Assembly (NCBI RefSeq): GCF_006345805.1
Contig: NC_043013.1
Coordinates: forward strand, 49,724,001 to 49,788,000
DNA from: Octopus sinensis
Lineage: Eukaryota
DNA length: 64,000 nt
Direction of reading: 5' to 3'
Of the stretch, positions 63,715 to 64,000 are shown piece after piece. A program made the translations under genes and the position numbers. The number at the start of each line of letters is the position of its first letter. The stretch's first letter is position 1. The notes beneath the pieces were generated by a model, which did not search any database, was not told the DNA's origin, and saw only the letters and a list, made by a program, of their open reading frames with translations.

Positions 63715-64000
63715 ATCATCATCATCATTTAACGTCCGCTTTCCATGCTGGCATGGGTTGGACGGTTCAACTGGGGTCTGGGAAGCCAGAAGGCTGCACC
63801 AGGCCCAGTCTGATCTGGCAGTGTTTCTACAGCTGGATGCCCTTCCTAACGCCAACCACTCCGTGAGTGTAGTGGGTGCTTTTTATGTGCTACCAGCACA
63901 GGTGCCAGACGAGGCTGGCAAACGGCCACGATCGGATGGTGCTTTTTACGTGCCACCAGCACAGGTGCCAGACGAGGCTGACAAACGGACACGATCGGAT
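63715..64000 (-). mobile_element. SINE family B with ~62-bp internal tandem subrepeat
   Basis: (CAT)n tail; ggtgctttttacgtgccaccagcacaggtgccagacgaggct unit repeated to the window end. Another copy at 63137-63325. Confidence 0.8.

Noticed and set aside
58477-64000. ATG12 last exon (CFGSDGKLVLHYC..AWG)
   Set aside because: Searched by eye and not found; presumed beyond the window end.

Overview
AT-rich, intron- and repeat-dense animal genomic DNA. The SINE families and microsatellite content look like an octopus (inference from remembered repeats, not a search). Two host loci face away from each other across ~54.3-55.4 kb. (1) ATG12 on +: three coding exons found (55397-55511, 56218-56354, 58414-58476); the last exon is probably beyond the window. 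(2) A divergent Rheb-like small-GTPase locus on -: two convincing exons (44558-44614, 35023-35104) plus candidate exons whose lengths and phases match vertebrate RHEB but whose GTP-binding motifs are largely lost, so it is either a pseudo-GTPase or a decaying paralogue. One of its introns holds a ~1.8 kb hierarchical 165-bp tandem repeat whose minus-strand frame has no stop codons between a few small indels. The rest is transposon debris: Penelope-like elements with hammerhead ribozyme motifs, Gypsy, CR1/RTE LINEs, Helitron, mariner, hAT, piggyBac-type and 8-bp-TSD MITEs, and three SINE families, one expanded into a 7-copy tandem array. Most ORFs in the supplied track are repeat artefacts. Repeat boundaries are approximate; exon boundaries were counted by hand.
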